DNA of 64,000 nt, from NCBI RefSeq assembly GCF_040938485.1, contig NW_027272190.1, forward strand, positions 620,001 to 684,000, in the 5' to 3' direction. The notes beneath the pieces are model-generated. The model saw nothing but the letters and a program-made list of their open reading frames with translations. It was not told the DNA's origin and did no database searches. The position numbers and the translations under genes were made by a program. This DNA comes from Diadema antillarum (taxonomy: Eukaryota). Positions 14,201-28,800 of this stretch are shown here, in pieces. Within the stretch, counting starts at the first letter, position 1; each line of letters starts with the position of its first letter.

Positions 14201-17200
14201 CTGTTGTATAATAATGTATATCGACCCAATGACTTCGTCTAACACTACAGCATGAAAAAGTAAAAGTTAAGTCATTTTCAGTCACATTATCTGTTACCTT
14301 CGCGCTATCGTTGGTATTTGAGTTTGTATAATATATGACACGCAATGTTCAGACAAAGATTGTGTTAGTTATCCCTGTACTTTGATGTTTTCAGATCTGG
14401 ATATTGAACTTTTGAGTCATGTTTTCCCGCTTGGCATGGAGGCGAATTGGATTGCTGACGAAGAAATCCTGGCCAGTAGCATGTTAGACTATGACCACGC
14501 CCCGCATAACGCCAGACTCTATGGAGCGTCGGCATGGATGCCGGATCCCAGCGATCAAGACCCATACTTACAGGTAGGAGTGTGCTGTCACCATCCTCAC
14601 GATTATAGATAGGGCAGGATTTCCCTTCAAGCGAACAAATTGCATTTCTACCGTAATTCTTGGTGATATTAAGTTTGATCAATATCGAAATAGTAATAAT
14701 TCTATCAATCATAACATTAAAATGAATCAAGAAGGAGTCATGTCTTGACACACAAAGGTTTATTAAAGAATCACATGTGAGAATCAGGGAGTAAGAATCA
14801 TTTTCGGAAAAGCTAAATGGTAGCTTGAATGAAAGCAGAAGAAGAAGAAGAAATGAACACAACAGTCAAATCGTGAGAAAAATCCGATTAGAGTTAATCG
14901 AATTAGAGAACTTTCCAAACAATCCCATTCGGATCAAATTTTCACAGTGACTGTTCGGTTAGGGGAGACCCAGGAGAGTTGAGCCACTTTTTACATAATT
15001 TGTCATATTTCCCCCTAATTGTATTTTGGGCTGAAGACTTTCTTATGATTGGAAGTTAAGGTCATATGTTATAATCCCGTTTTGTTAATTACACGGAAGG
15101 TGATTGCATTTCAGAATAAGAGCCCGTTCAAAAAAAGATGTCAAATGGCACAAGTCTCCTGTAGGACGAGGAGAGTTGAGCATACCCGCAATGAGAGTTG
15201 AGCCACCCATGGGAGAGTTGTGCCACACTGTACTAGGGAGTGGGAAAGTCGTATTATATCTCGTTAGGATGGGCCCGCATAAAGACATTTAATGTGCTGT
15301 TCTTATCGAATATCACTATTTTGTAAATTGAAATACAATGACTATAACAGAGAACTATTGATTTTTTTTTCAGATAGAAAGAACTTCAAGATAGGCTTTC
15401 CAAGTTGTAGACAAATTGATGATGTCATCGAAATGTTCTGACTTAGAGTTGGCTACCTGGGGCCGACAATCAATAACTTTAAAACACTTCCATGACATAT
15501 GCTCCGGCGACAAATGCTCTGGCACGAATTGCTAATGTTGAAGCTTACACAAGCCCTTACCCCTACCCTAACCCTAACCCTAATCCAAATCCTTACCCTG
15601 CTCTGACCCAAAAACTCAATCATACCCACGAGGCTCACTCTCTCTTCGGAGAGATATTAATGTCAGAGCAATAATTGTTGGCGGAGCATATGTCGTGTCA
15701 CCCTTTAAAACACAATAACTTCTTTGAGAAATCATTACTCATGAAGACAATAACTGAGTAAGCGAAAAACCATTGGCAGCTTAATTAAAACTTTAAAACA
15801 ACATTAAAACACAACTGATATAACCCTTACTTAGATCTTACAATGCTTTTCAGAGCTCGCTCAAACAGATATGCAACCTTGAACAGGAGATAAAGATTGT
15901 AGTGCGTGGAAATTAACATGACATTTTGTTTCATTTAGCTCACGTCAGATTCAGGCTATGCTATTGATATTTATGTATCATCCTCTTTGTTGTGAATTTC
16001 AATTTCCATGGGGTTTCATTCATCGTCTAAAGACAACAAGGGGCCACAAAACTTTCCAGAATTGCCTCAATACAGTCACATCTTTTCCAGTCACATCCTT
16101 TCAAATTTCAGACGATGATATCATATTGTTAACAATATCTGCTCAAAAAATGTAGTCCCATGAACAACATAATGCCAACCAGTGACTCTTCCATCTACCT
16201 GGCAAAACAATACAAAATAACAAAATGACCTCGACAAATGATTTGTTAGATTCAACGAAATGCAGAATACCATGATTGCAGTGTCAACCACACAACTTTA
16301 ACAATAATGACACAACAAATGATGGTGTCCTTCACTCTTACAAAAAAAATGTGCTGATTAGAACCTCTTCTTGTCCCGTATTTAAGATTCTTTATAGACC
16401 CTTTTTGTATAGGGTTCTAGAATGTATAAAGAACCCTATACAAAAACGGTAATTTTTCTGTTTATCCATGTATCTCTTGAGTGTCATTCGATCTACACCA
16501 AATGCTCGAGCGGCAGCTCGAACACTGTTCAACTCTTCGACTAGTTTTGCTCCTCGCTGGAGCGATCCTGGATCACTCCCACGGTCTGATGTCCTTTTGT
16601 ATAATTATTTGTGGCATTGTCTGAAAGAAAAGTAAAAATTTGTATAAATAAGATAATGGTAAAAGGAGAGTTGAGCCATGGATCATGTCTCCTCATGATG
16701 AGTGGCTCAACTCTCCAAAGGTCGGCCATTTTTGCATGTGACTTAACTACCACTAGAGCAGTTGCATCATATTTAACCAAAAACATCAGAAATAATCAAC
16801 AATGCAGAGGCTACGCGTTGCCCATATTGCGACCAAAGTAACTGCTAGTATATGAATAATAAGAAGGGTCTTACCTCTAACTCTCAAATCCACTTTTCAG
16901 CGCGATATTTGGTTTTTCTTTCACAAAATCTCCCATGAGGTACCATGGATCTTCCTGACTTAACTGGAAAGAAAGTTATATTATACACTACCAGCAGAGG
17001 GAGTTTTAACTTTTTATCTAAAGTGCAAGTGTGAGATTTAGGGGGTGGATCAACTCTCCTTGTGACTCAAGTCTCCTGGGTCTCCCCTATATTGTGCGTA
17101 TCATTTTTTCTCCTGTTTTTATGATTAACTTTTAACTGTCCTTTAAACGTTATTTGATTCCACATTGCAATCAAACCAAATGCAATACAATTCCAAATGA

Positions 17201-20200
17201 AGTGTTATCAAAGGACATTATCACAAGGTTAATCTGTCTGATAACCTAAAAATCAGATGCAGAAAGATAATAAAGATGTTCCAGAAAGGTTTTTTTTTGT
17301 TATCTATTAATATTGCATTCCCTCTATTCAACTCTATTATTACCTTACTTAAATAACGGAATATTGGCCTGGGGTAATTGCTCTAAGACTAAAATCGATT
17401 CGTTATTTTTGATTCAGAAAAAGGCCTTGCGGATTACGAATCGTGCACATTTTTTGGATCATACAGATGAATTGTTTGTTTCCAGTAAATTACTACAAGT
17501 TTCTGATTTGTATTTGTATCACGTTGGAATTTTTATGTATAAGTTGAGCATTGGCGATCTTCCTAGTTTATTTTCCTCAATGTTTGTTAAAAACAGTGAA
17601 ATTCATAATTACCCTACATGACAAAGTGGATTATATCACTTTCCCCCCGTTCGTACAGTTCTAGCCCTTAAGACAATTACTTCTACCGGTCCTTCTTTCT
17701 GGAATGAGTTAGATTCTGTTCGGCTGCAATCAAGTTCTCTAAGTTCCTTTAAGCAAAATCTAAAAGCCAATTTTTAAAAATCTTATGTATAGTTACTTGC
17801 TGTGACCATTTTGATATATCTGTTCTTATTCTCAATGATGCCTCGCTCGGGTGTCTTCATTTGACTTCATTTGACCACATTTCTTTGACCAATAGTGCAA
17901 TTTTGTGGAGCATTGAATCCCTGAGTTTTACCTTGAACATCATAAACTATTTCGTACATTCTGTAGAGTTTATTATTATCTCGACATACCGATTTTCGCT
18001 TGTGGTTCGTCATCTTTCGACATTAGCATGTTGTACTAAACGCTTATATTGTTTCTTTGGAACCTACATCCTACAAGCATCGCTTTTTAGTAGGTTCCTC
18101 ATATTTACACATCATTTTATTACATGTCCTTATACATTTGTGAAATTATGTCTAAAATTGAATGTTGTGTCATACATATTTTACTCCGAAATCAAATGGA
18201 ATATGAAGCCTGAATATGGGATGTGGAATATGGAGCTTGAATAAAAAAAAAAATATTTGATAAATAAAAGTTTACGATCACATATAGAAAAAGATATAAC
18301 TCTTCTGTTTACATGCAAACTCATTCCTTATTTCACAATAATCATAACTTGTTTCGTTTTGTTGTTTCTTTACCTTCTCTAAGATAAATCTACAAGATAT
18401 GATGAACGTGATCGGTCTAATTATGCAGGGTGGCGGCGCAGACGACCGCTACTGGGTGAAGTCCTTTGAAGTAGAGTACGGAATTGGTGATATATTTGTG
18501 TACTTGTTGGATGTCCACCAACCATTTACGACACCGAAGGTAAGTTTGGTGTATTACATTGCCCTATAGCTGAAGTTGATGGTTCCCTTCTATATGTGCA
18601 CGTTTGCGTACATAAACGTGCCTTTTGCGTGTGGTGTAAAAGCTCAGTGGAACATATAGAAATTATGCAGCACTGCGTGTTTGCCTCAATCAATTTTACC
18701 TTAGATTGAACATATAACCGTAGACGAACTAAATGATTGGTTTTATTTTTTTTCAATCAAACGAACATGTTATCTATCGCTTTTACAAATGAAATACGAA
18801 CGTTAAGTTATCAGTTTTCATTGGCAGTTTCTGAAAGATGCATGATTTCTGTATTGATTAATATCATTTGTTTTTCTTGAACCGATCACTCCCTGAGAGA
18901 CAGATTCAACACTGACATTTTTTTTTTTGGCTTCGTTTTTCAAGGTGCCGAACTCTAAAACCCTAAAAGAATCACTGACTATACATTATTATGACCCATT
19001 ATTGATATTACGTATCAAACGTTGTTGTATCATTCATTTCACGTTATGTTTGTTTTGTGTGTTGGTGTGTATGCGTGCATTTCCATTTTCTTCTTTCGAT
19101 ACTTCAGGTATTCACAGGGAACACAAATTATTATTGTGCAAGGATCGTTTACTTTCCTGCAGCGGTCACGACGGATCGCCTTCGGATTAGGCCTACGCAA
19201 GAATCTCAAAGCGCTCTACGCCTCGAAATACTGGGAAGCAGCTTGTATGGTAGGCGCCATGTGGTAACAGGGATGGAGCTTGATCAATATTTTTTCATTT
19301 TTACCCACCACAATCCCAAATTAAAATGAGTACTTTTATAATGGCTTGCTATATTAGATCTTTACCGAAATACCGAAATAGATGTATTTATGTTCATATA
19401 TTTTATACACTCATCCCGATTGTTGTTCCAACACCACGCACTGTGAATTAAGGTCATGCGTAAACACTGCTAAGGCTCCATCGCAATTACAGTCATATAC
19501 ATGTATTCTATTTGTTTTCTTCTGAAAGTGTATCTCTACATTGACAGTGGTAATGTTGATGAAAAATAGAGAATACTGATTTTTTTCCTTGTCATTTTTT
19601 GTTTTATTGAAAGGAGATTTTGATGTTATGTTTTAGTTTCAACAATATAATATACCCTTTTTTGGGTTTGAAAATATAAGACGCATTGATTATTCAAATG
19701 TAAAATACTCTTAAGATTACCATTGCCTTGGGAATGAGGTGAAAGCTGGAAAAAAAAAATGAAAATTTGTGGATGTCTTTCAACATTTTGTAATGTCGTT
19801 GTGACATTAATATTTCTGTTTAGCATTTTCAATAGGCTAAGAAGCCATTTCTTTCGGCTTTCACATTAATTTTTTTTTTAATATACTGCACCATTTTCCT
19901 CAATTTCTTACTGAATGCATCTTATCTATAAAGCTTTGCTTAGTACATGCATTTGATAATTTCTATACTCAACACTCACACACAAACACACACACATGTA
20001 TACATAATAATATTATGTATACATGTGTGTGTGTTTGTTTATGTAAATATCTGTGTGGGTGGGTCTACGCGTACAACTGTGTATGCGTGTGTGTATGCAT
20101 ATAAAGTAGGAATGTTTTTATATATGTTTATAAACTTGTATAATACTTTAATCTTTTACTCGTAGTTGCAGTCTTTCAAATGATTTGTATCGAATTGTGA

Positions 20201-21601
20201 CACAATAAACAGTGATCAAATATCTTAGCATCCTTTTGAAATAATAACCCGCTGTCTGGATTTTCATTTTCAGCCTGCGATTATCCGTTGACGAATACAG
20301 CATTAAGGTCATACGAGATATTCATTAACTGGAGAATAAGGCTACAGGAATATCAATATCAACAAGGAAATGCATCAACTTACATTCAGGTGAGACTTGT
20401 GGAGACCAAATACATTTCTAAACATTTCTAAAAATAATAGATTAAAAAAAAACTCAATGTAATTGAAATTTTTCAACTTTCCTAAAGAGCATTGTTGCTT
20501 GTGTCTGCGATGAGCACGTTATAAACGTATATGACAATCATGTCTTAAAATTTCCATTTCAAAAGGATACGTGCACGAGGCAAACTTGCAATACAAAAAA
20601 ACCCAATAATTTGTATGATGTTTGTGTTAGTATTAGAAGTAAAATGTAAACTTTGTGATTTTCAGCGATTTTTTTTTCTTACGTTTTACCCCTTAATATG
20701 GCATCTTTAAAGCATTCTTGTTTCTGGGCTTTTTTGTTAGTAACATCCAAGTATTGTTTTTCTTTTTTAAACAAAAGATCTAACTGTATTTTGATGAATG
20801 GTAAATGGATAATGCAGTGCTCTGATAAAGAGAAGCGGTGCTGTATGAGAAATTGTCCTGCGTTTTATTTCTCGTTGCTACTTTTAGTTACTCTGTTATT
20901 GTTGTTAACTCTGTTCATTTTACACTGCCTTGATTACATTTCTCTGTTACTGAAGAAATTGAGATGTATTGATCAAGAAATGGAAATAAATTGGAACTTA
21001 AACTTGAATTTTCTGTCTCATACATCATTTTTATCAATAAAAATGAACATATAAAGAATGAAATGTCTTTTGGAATGAAGGACAGCATGAAAGTAACATA
21101 GCGCACTGGCCAAAAACCATGTTAACTGTTTGTGCCACATAAACGTAAGAAAAAAATCGAGTGCACGGAAAAAAAAAACTAGGCATATAAAGTACCTAGT
21201 AACCAAGAGAGGATGAAATCTGTAGGTTGCTTTGAAATCATGTCTAGTCTTTGTGTTAAGTGCCTCTGTCATGTCTATAGGGCCTATTGTGCTGTCTCTC
21301 ACTCTCTCTACACTTCATATTATGCTTGAAGAGTTTGTTTGCAAAAACCGATAAGTCCACATTTGCCAAACGGAGATATTTGCGATTAAAGGTCAAGAAA
21401 AGTAAAGAGAATGATAAGAAATGTTTTGCTTCTTTTGACCATAACTTCAAAAATGTACCTTTATATGTATTGACTAGTATATCATTTAAAAGGTATTATT
21501 TTGTACTGTATGACATAGACCGTACTTCAAAATCTTCAAAAATGGACTTATCGGATTTTGCGAACAAACTCTTCACTTATGCCATATACCATAAAATTGC
21601 A

Positions 21602-21641
<40 letters not shown>

Positions 21642-22793
21642 AATGCTTCCTTGCCGGTGTACAGATCACATACTCAAGTCTCGTCACCCTAACTCGGATT
21701 ATATCAAGAAAGTGCCTGGAAAGAGATGGTGTCAAGTCATTTCGCCTTCAGTATGAAGGCTCTGATCATGGGATAGTTGTAAGTCTCATTCAGAAGAATC
21801 ATATCCTAGTCTCCACATGTCATACTATAGAGATGTGTGGTCCCCAGTCGTTGTGGTGAAAAAAAGGCCTTCCACCTTTCACATTAAAATCCTATCCATG
21901 CGTTATGCATGTGTATACCTATTTTCTAACGAAATTTCTCGTGGTTAAAATCCGTTTATATCATGCCTTTCTCATGATAGAAGCATCTGACATCTGAGCT
22001 GCTTGGATTGTTAAAAAAAAACAAAGCAAAGAAAAAGAAAAAGAAAAACAAAACAATGTTTGAATTAGTTCTGCATCAATACCACTCTTGCCTGTATTCA
22101 ATTAGGTATATATTTGATATAAGCTTTCTATTATCATGTTTGAATTACCCCGAATATGAACATATATTTGCTTCGAACTTCCAAAGCCCAGTCAGCATTT
22201 ACCCACTAAAACGAAAAAGGTATTTGGGGTTAATTAAGCTGTTAATTATTTTGATGATTTCAATGATGCACTTCACTGATATAAGGGTACTTGTCTTGTG
22301 AGAAATGAGTTCTAATGCAGTGCCTCCGAGAGATGTGCAAAATTATCCACACGTCTTAAAAAAGGCAAATATTTTCCAACAACCTTGCAAAACAAAAGTG
22401 CCGTCCCCTATTAACTTTTTAGAACAAACGAACAAAAATTACAAGTAAATGGAATATTGTTAGCCAAGAAAATGTACATTGTTTCTCTGCCACTTAACTT
22501 TCCGAGATCGATTTGGACTATCGCAACACTTCATGGGCTATGCACGTCTTCGAGCAGCCGCTTACAGGTGTCAGGTCACTGAAGGTGTTTCCCACTGCAT
22601 GGATAACATCTCAAGAATGTGTCAAGCTTCAAACGTTTGGATGTCCGTTGGGTATGCCGCACTTCACATTCAAAAGTCTTAGTTTGTTACAGCAAGGCTT
22701 AATAAACATTTTCCCCGAACTTCGAAGTCTTCGTCATGCGTTTCCTGTAAGGTCTGGCCAGACATCTTTTGCGATGTGCGGTTAAAAGAACAA

Positions 22794-22826
<33 letters not shown>

Positions 22827-25800
22827 TAAAAACAAACATCATAAAGAACAACGATATTATTTTCCCCGATATCCACTGAAACTGCTTTGCAGTGTAGTTC
22901 ATCCTATTCGTTCAGTTACTGTAATTCTCTCAGGATACTACTTAGCACATTTTATTGCATCATGCAGATGACTATCAAAGTTGTATCCTGTGTCTTAATT
23001 ACGACATTAAAGATGTTTCTTTCCGATCAATGGCGGACACTCCATGAAAAGTGTGGTTATCAGGTCACTGGTTAATATATCAATGCATCATGTTGCACAC
23101 CTAAACTTCACAATACGTCACAATATCACAATGCTTTATGATTTCGGCTGCATCCATTTTTTTGTGGTTTCATTGTATTATTTCTTGGAATATTGCTCGG
23201 ATATTCGTATTCATAGAAGAAACACAAAACAAGATAGCCCTTACAGCACATGACTTTATTGAAATTTTTACTTTGTAGATGCATGTATCAATTTCATTCA
23301 TTTCTGAATTTGTTTGCCAAAAAAAAAAAAAAAAAATGACGTTCCACTTATCGAATTGCAGAGACCTCACACCATGCATTCCAGCGTCTAGAGTTTTCTG
23401 TTGAAGGTCCGATTTGCAGCGGCTGTGATGAAGAGACACTTTCGCTGTCTCGCATTGGCACGATTGGAGCTGGAAACGCTACGGGATGCTTCTTTCCTCT
23501 TCTTTTGGGTAAAAATTGATCTTTTTGACTCTTCTTTAATTTCGAAATTCTTCTGAAATTAGTAATTATGTGCTGTTAGTTGTATGATGTAATTTATGGA
23601 TACAAGGATATAAAGCCGTGCTTGAAAGTTCTGCAACTTCGCCGTAAAGGCTTCAGAATATAATGCATAATGCGCAAGAAAGCTCAGAGATCACTTAATG
23701 CAATTTGCCAAACGCTACATCATTAATTGTTAAAATACATCATCAGAATGGCAAAATGAAGACATTAAATCCACAAGTTAATGAGTAAAGTTTTTGTGTT
23801 TTACATGAATGTCTGTCTTCTTTTGCCTTTTGCATATGGGTCAGTAGTCCGTACTATCTTTACATCAAATGCTGTTGTCACCTTTATGTAAAAGAAAAAT
23901 CTCATTTAATTTCTTATCTTTTTTTTTCTTCTGTCAAAGACACGTCCCATGAACAATGGATACAAGTCAGCTTCTCTCAGCTTGCTCTCATCCATACCCT
24001 TTATGCTTTGTCGGGTACACCAGAGTATCCAATAGACACATTTTACGAAATTACCAAGAAGTCGTACACTTTTAAAATCGCGTATCGGCCTGTGACGGCT
24101 GTAGCAGCCAATGACTTCATCACTCTGTCATCTGCAGTCTCTTGGGTAAGTTTTCGCATTTTCCGAAGGAGGGAAAGGAAAGATTTCGAAACGATTTTTG
24201 TTTTTTTCATTTAAGACAATGGATAATGACATTCCTCACCATTATTTCTCAAAGCCATCTTCTACTTAACACCGCATAGAAAAATAAAACAACATATACA
24301 ACAATCAAACTAAAAAAAAGGGAAAGAAATAAGAGTTGAGAGATAATGTTGTAAACTTTTCGTATAAACCCCCCGATACTCTTGTTGTTACGGTGTCGTC
24401 AAACACCTAAAACCCTGCCCCTAATGAAATGGTCTCTACATTGGTCGCTGATATCAGATGGAGTGTATGTCATCACATGCAATGTTGTGGCCTTATATTG
24501 TATGTTGAATATTTGTTTTTATTTGGTATCACTCTACTTTTGAACCATCATGATATCATGGCCATGTTTTAATCGATTTTATTTTATTTCATTTTTTTCT
24601 TTAAGCCGAAACGACCACTCACGACCTCAACAATACATTTACCTCAATTCACGACGACTTCTGTGAGAATTATACCATTCCGAACTAACAGCTGGCCAGC
24701 AAGTCGTGTGTCGTTCGCATTCGGAGGACACTATGAAGTCGGTAAGATGGGCGCATGATGGCATCAGCAGTTCAGACAATGTTTCTTTCCAATGGGGAAA
24801 GGTTCTATGAATGTAATTTTGCACTTTTTTATTACATTAACAGACAGAGAGAGAGAGAGAGAAAGAGAGAGAAAGAGGGAGAGCAGAAAATAGCATATAT
24901 GCTGTATACATACGTCTTTCGCATAGAACACAAAGAATCACTATATATAGTCCTCTTTTGCGCCATTTATGCCGTTGAACTGGGTTTTAGTTTTGGGGTG
25001 CATTCTTTCCACCTCCCTGGCCAAACAAACCTTGGGTCTATCTCTCGTCGAAGTTTGGAAGCATGGATGCAGTTTGATACGCAGTGTATGTCATTTTACT
25101 TTTGTTTGTTCCTGGGTCGGAAATGTCCAAGCTACGAGGTATGTGAAAGTTTCCATATGTGACCGTGCACCTCAAAACGAACATAAAGTCGCACACACTG
25201 ATTTTGCGTGAGGACTGAAAATAAGTGAAAAGGGTCAACCTAGCCGAACTTGACTTTTTCATATTTTCTGAAAGAGCGGGTCTTCTTTTATATTATGCTG
25301 AAATTTGGTATCATAAAACGGGCAGGAAAGTGTGTTTTTTTAGCAGTTTATCTCAAACATTTTTGCTAGAATAGTGTGATTAGGTGTGTCTTTAGAATCC
25401 CTTTTTCATTTCTGAAAAACCTTGTCCACACTCTTCACTTTCAACTCTAATAACTTTTGAAAAGATAGTGCTACTGCTTCGAAAGTTGGCATTAATTATG
25501 GACAGAATGTGTTAATGAGGCATGCTTACTTTCAGTTTAATCTGATAATCTCTTCATTGTTGTTACTCTGGTGGTTTACTTCCTCTTTTTTGTCCCATTC
25601 ATCGCACAGCCAGCACGGTTTGGTAAAGATTAAGCGCTTGAATAGACACTGTACTTCAGAGCCTCTTTTCTCAGTTCACACTTTTCCTGAGTTTGTGCTT
25701 TATTTCTAATATTTAGATAGGTTAGGAGAGTCCATTTGATTTGAGTTATACATCATTTTAAAGCTTAAAGTCTGCTCTTTTAGAATATAGTCTTAACTAA

Positions 25801-28800
25801 AAATTCATGTCTGGCGACTTTTTGTTTGTTTTGAGGTGCAGTGTCACATATAAGCCCTGTAACGCTAACTTAAGCGTTACTTGAAATCATCATCAAAATC
25901 AATGGGGGTTATACAATGTAAGGTAAGATAAGATTATTATGATTTGTTGAATTTAGATATTGCTCAAGACGGTTATTACCTCCTAATAATAATAATTATT
26001 ATTATTGTTGTTGTTGTTGTTGTTATTGCAGTTTAGAGATTCCGAATATTGATTAATAGTGGTTGTGTGGTCAAAAGTTTCCCAGACTGAAATTTTCAAT
26101 TCAACATCATTCAAGAGGAAAATTTTTCAACTTTGATACACAAACCCTGCTGAACCAATAGTACCTCTTAATATAGGTTTTCCCGGCCAATTTCGCACTT
26201 TTGTCAGTCCAATTCCTAATTGCTGCATTCAATTTAGCAAAATTTAGCGTAGATGACATGTTCGGTAGTTCAATTTTATGATCTCTTCATTCAAATTAAT
26301 TTTGGAGCATTCAAATTGCCTTTCTCCTCATTCTAATTAACACTTTTTCAATTGAAATTCGTAAAACAAGCACCATTTCGTTATTCGTTCATTCAATTTA
26401 GAATGCTATAGTCACGTGATCACGGACATGCTGCACTCGTTCATTCAAATTCATTTTGGGGCATCCAATTTAACATCTTTTGCAGTCAATTTAGCACGCA
26501 TGTTTATGCTTTGGTTCTTTCCTTAGTTTTTTCTTTCAACAAAGTTATTGTTTTGCAAGCGTCATTACATTTCATATTTTCGTACTCGTTTTAGAGATTT
26601 TGCCAACAGTTTTTTCTTCAATGTGCTTAGTGAGTCTTCCAGTCCGAAGTGTATCATGTGGCCACAACTTATCTGGCTGTTGAGCGCTTTATTCCGAGTG
26701 TGTCGGCCAGTTCTAGGAAGTCATGGTTATGATCATCAAATGTTCCTATAATTCTTTTTCTGTCTTCTTGAGGAATACGTCTGTATGTAACTTGTGCTGT
26801 CATGACTATAAGAAGATGAAGTTAATCTGTAGTATTGGTACATGTAGGCCTAAAATGACACGTATGAAAGAAAGGGGGCGTTACAGAACAACAAGCTCGA
26901 GTTATATAGGGTCAAAAATATGATACTTTTACTGCTTAACAGTGCGTGGATGAAACAAAAAAGTCATATAGAAATACGCGTTTAAATGTTATCACCTTGT
27001 CAAGAAAGAAATAACATGACGTTAATTTGAATGAACATGTTTGGAATTTGACTGCCCATACGCGAAATTGAATGACTGAACTACCCCTTTCGGCCAGTAT
27101 TGGCGAATTTGAATGACGGAAGAGCACGTACCAATTTGAATGCCCGTTTTACGAATTCGAAAGGCACATGTGCAAATTTCATCGATCGAAATGCTAAATT
27201 GAACGACCAACTTGCAATTTTGAATGACAGAATGTGCAGTGACGAGGATTTTCGCTAAATTGAATGAACATTTTATCAAATGGACTGACAAAAGTGCGAA
27301 ATTGGCCGGGAAAACCTATAATAGAAATGATGATGTCACACTTGTAGCCAAATTGAACGGATATTACGTTCAATAATGGCATACACATTTTGTTCAGCGC
27401 CAAAGCCAAGTTACCACCTCTTCCTCTCTCCTAATTCCTTTACAATCTTCCCTTTTTCCACAGGAAAATGTCCTTTTGCTAGCACGCACTTCAATAATCA
27501 ATGCTACCGTTTGATCGGTGCCGCCGCGGACCCCGGGGCAGAGTGCCAGGCCGCGCTGCCGGGCAGTCACCTGGCGTACCTAAAGACCTCTAATCAGCAA
27601 TGGTTCGCCAAAGAGTTGTCGTTAACCAGCCTCACAACACGTGATCCAGTGAGAATTGGTCTGAAATTCAGTGAAGGGTAAGACTCGGGTGCAAGGGATT
27701 TTAGAATTGTATCGACTATGGGAAAGTTAGATAAGTATATTATATATAAATATATATCGTCACTGGGTGACAAGAACTTTTATCTGCAATTTTGGTGAAA
27801 AAGATTTTTTTTTTTTTGCATTTATGGTCAAATAATCGGTTAAGTGATGTCCTGTCCAAATCCTAGTTGTCTTACCCCAAAAATGAAGCCACCATGGCAC
27901 GTCAAAGGAATGGCTGTCCCATTCGGTATAGTGCTTTGGCCGCCATGTTTTTTGGCTCTCCTGAACATTTGACATTTTGTAGATACGAGGTCTTGTCGCC
28001 CCAGCGACGATATATGTATATATTGAAACAAAGAAGGGAAAACTGACCAGAAACGAATAATAAACAGTGAAAACTTTGAGCAAAGAAATAGGTTTTCATC
28101 GGGATTCGAACCCGAGACCTCCGGATTACTAGACTGGTGCTCTACCGACTGAGCTATTGAAAGCCCTAGTTGGGTGTTCGTCCCAAACCCTTAATTCTCT
28201 TTGCTCGTGTGGTCAGAAGCTATAGTGTGTGTATGTGTGCTCTTTGCTCAAAGTTTTCACTGTATATATATATATACATATATATGTCCCGCTACAACAA
28301 AAGGATCCGAAAGTCGGGGCAGGAAAATTTTCTGAAAATGGCATAACATTCTTCCCTTACTCTTCTCCTTTAATTCCGTATATAGCACAACTCATAAAAG
28401 TACTCGGTTGCGGAGATATCGATGAATTTATTAGGGCATGTCAAGTGGTTGTGGAAATCATAGTTTCGAGAAAAACACCTTCAAAGTTTTCCTTCCGACG
28501 CTATCATGATCAAGGGGCCGGAGTCGAGACAGTTTTCACCCCCAGACAATAGAAGGTATGCTTCTAGCGACATCCGCGATTTTCATCCAAGCTTAAAGCC
28601 CGCGGTCTACGCACGACCAATCAGTAATCAGGTTGCCATGAATGACCAATAAGATCAATCCCTTGTTGCTAGGGGCGGAGTCTAGCTGCGGCCCTAAATC
28701 CAAATCTCCTGACACGTTTCTGTTACGTTGAAAATCGAAAAATCATGGGCCAAAAAAGCGCTGATTTCTTGCTTTTTCTCAGATCATTTAGCTTCAAAAT

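Noticed and set aside
14365-14862. 165-aa minus-strand ORF
   Set aside because: Antisense overlap of the F5/8 exon plus intron; no independent coding signal.
21287-21859. 190-aa ORF as one long exon
   Set aside because: The 5' part runs through a MITE and a poly-T tract; only 21665-21778 has splice sites and F5/8 similarity.
28092-28165. Functional tRNA-Thr gene
   Set aside because: The anticodon stem has two mismatches, there is an extra base before the D arm, and it is embedded in a TIR element. Kept as tRNA-like only.
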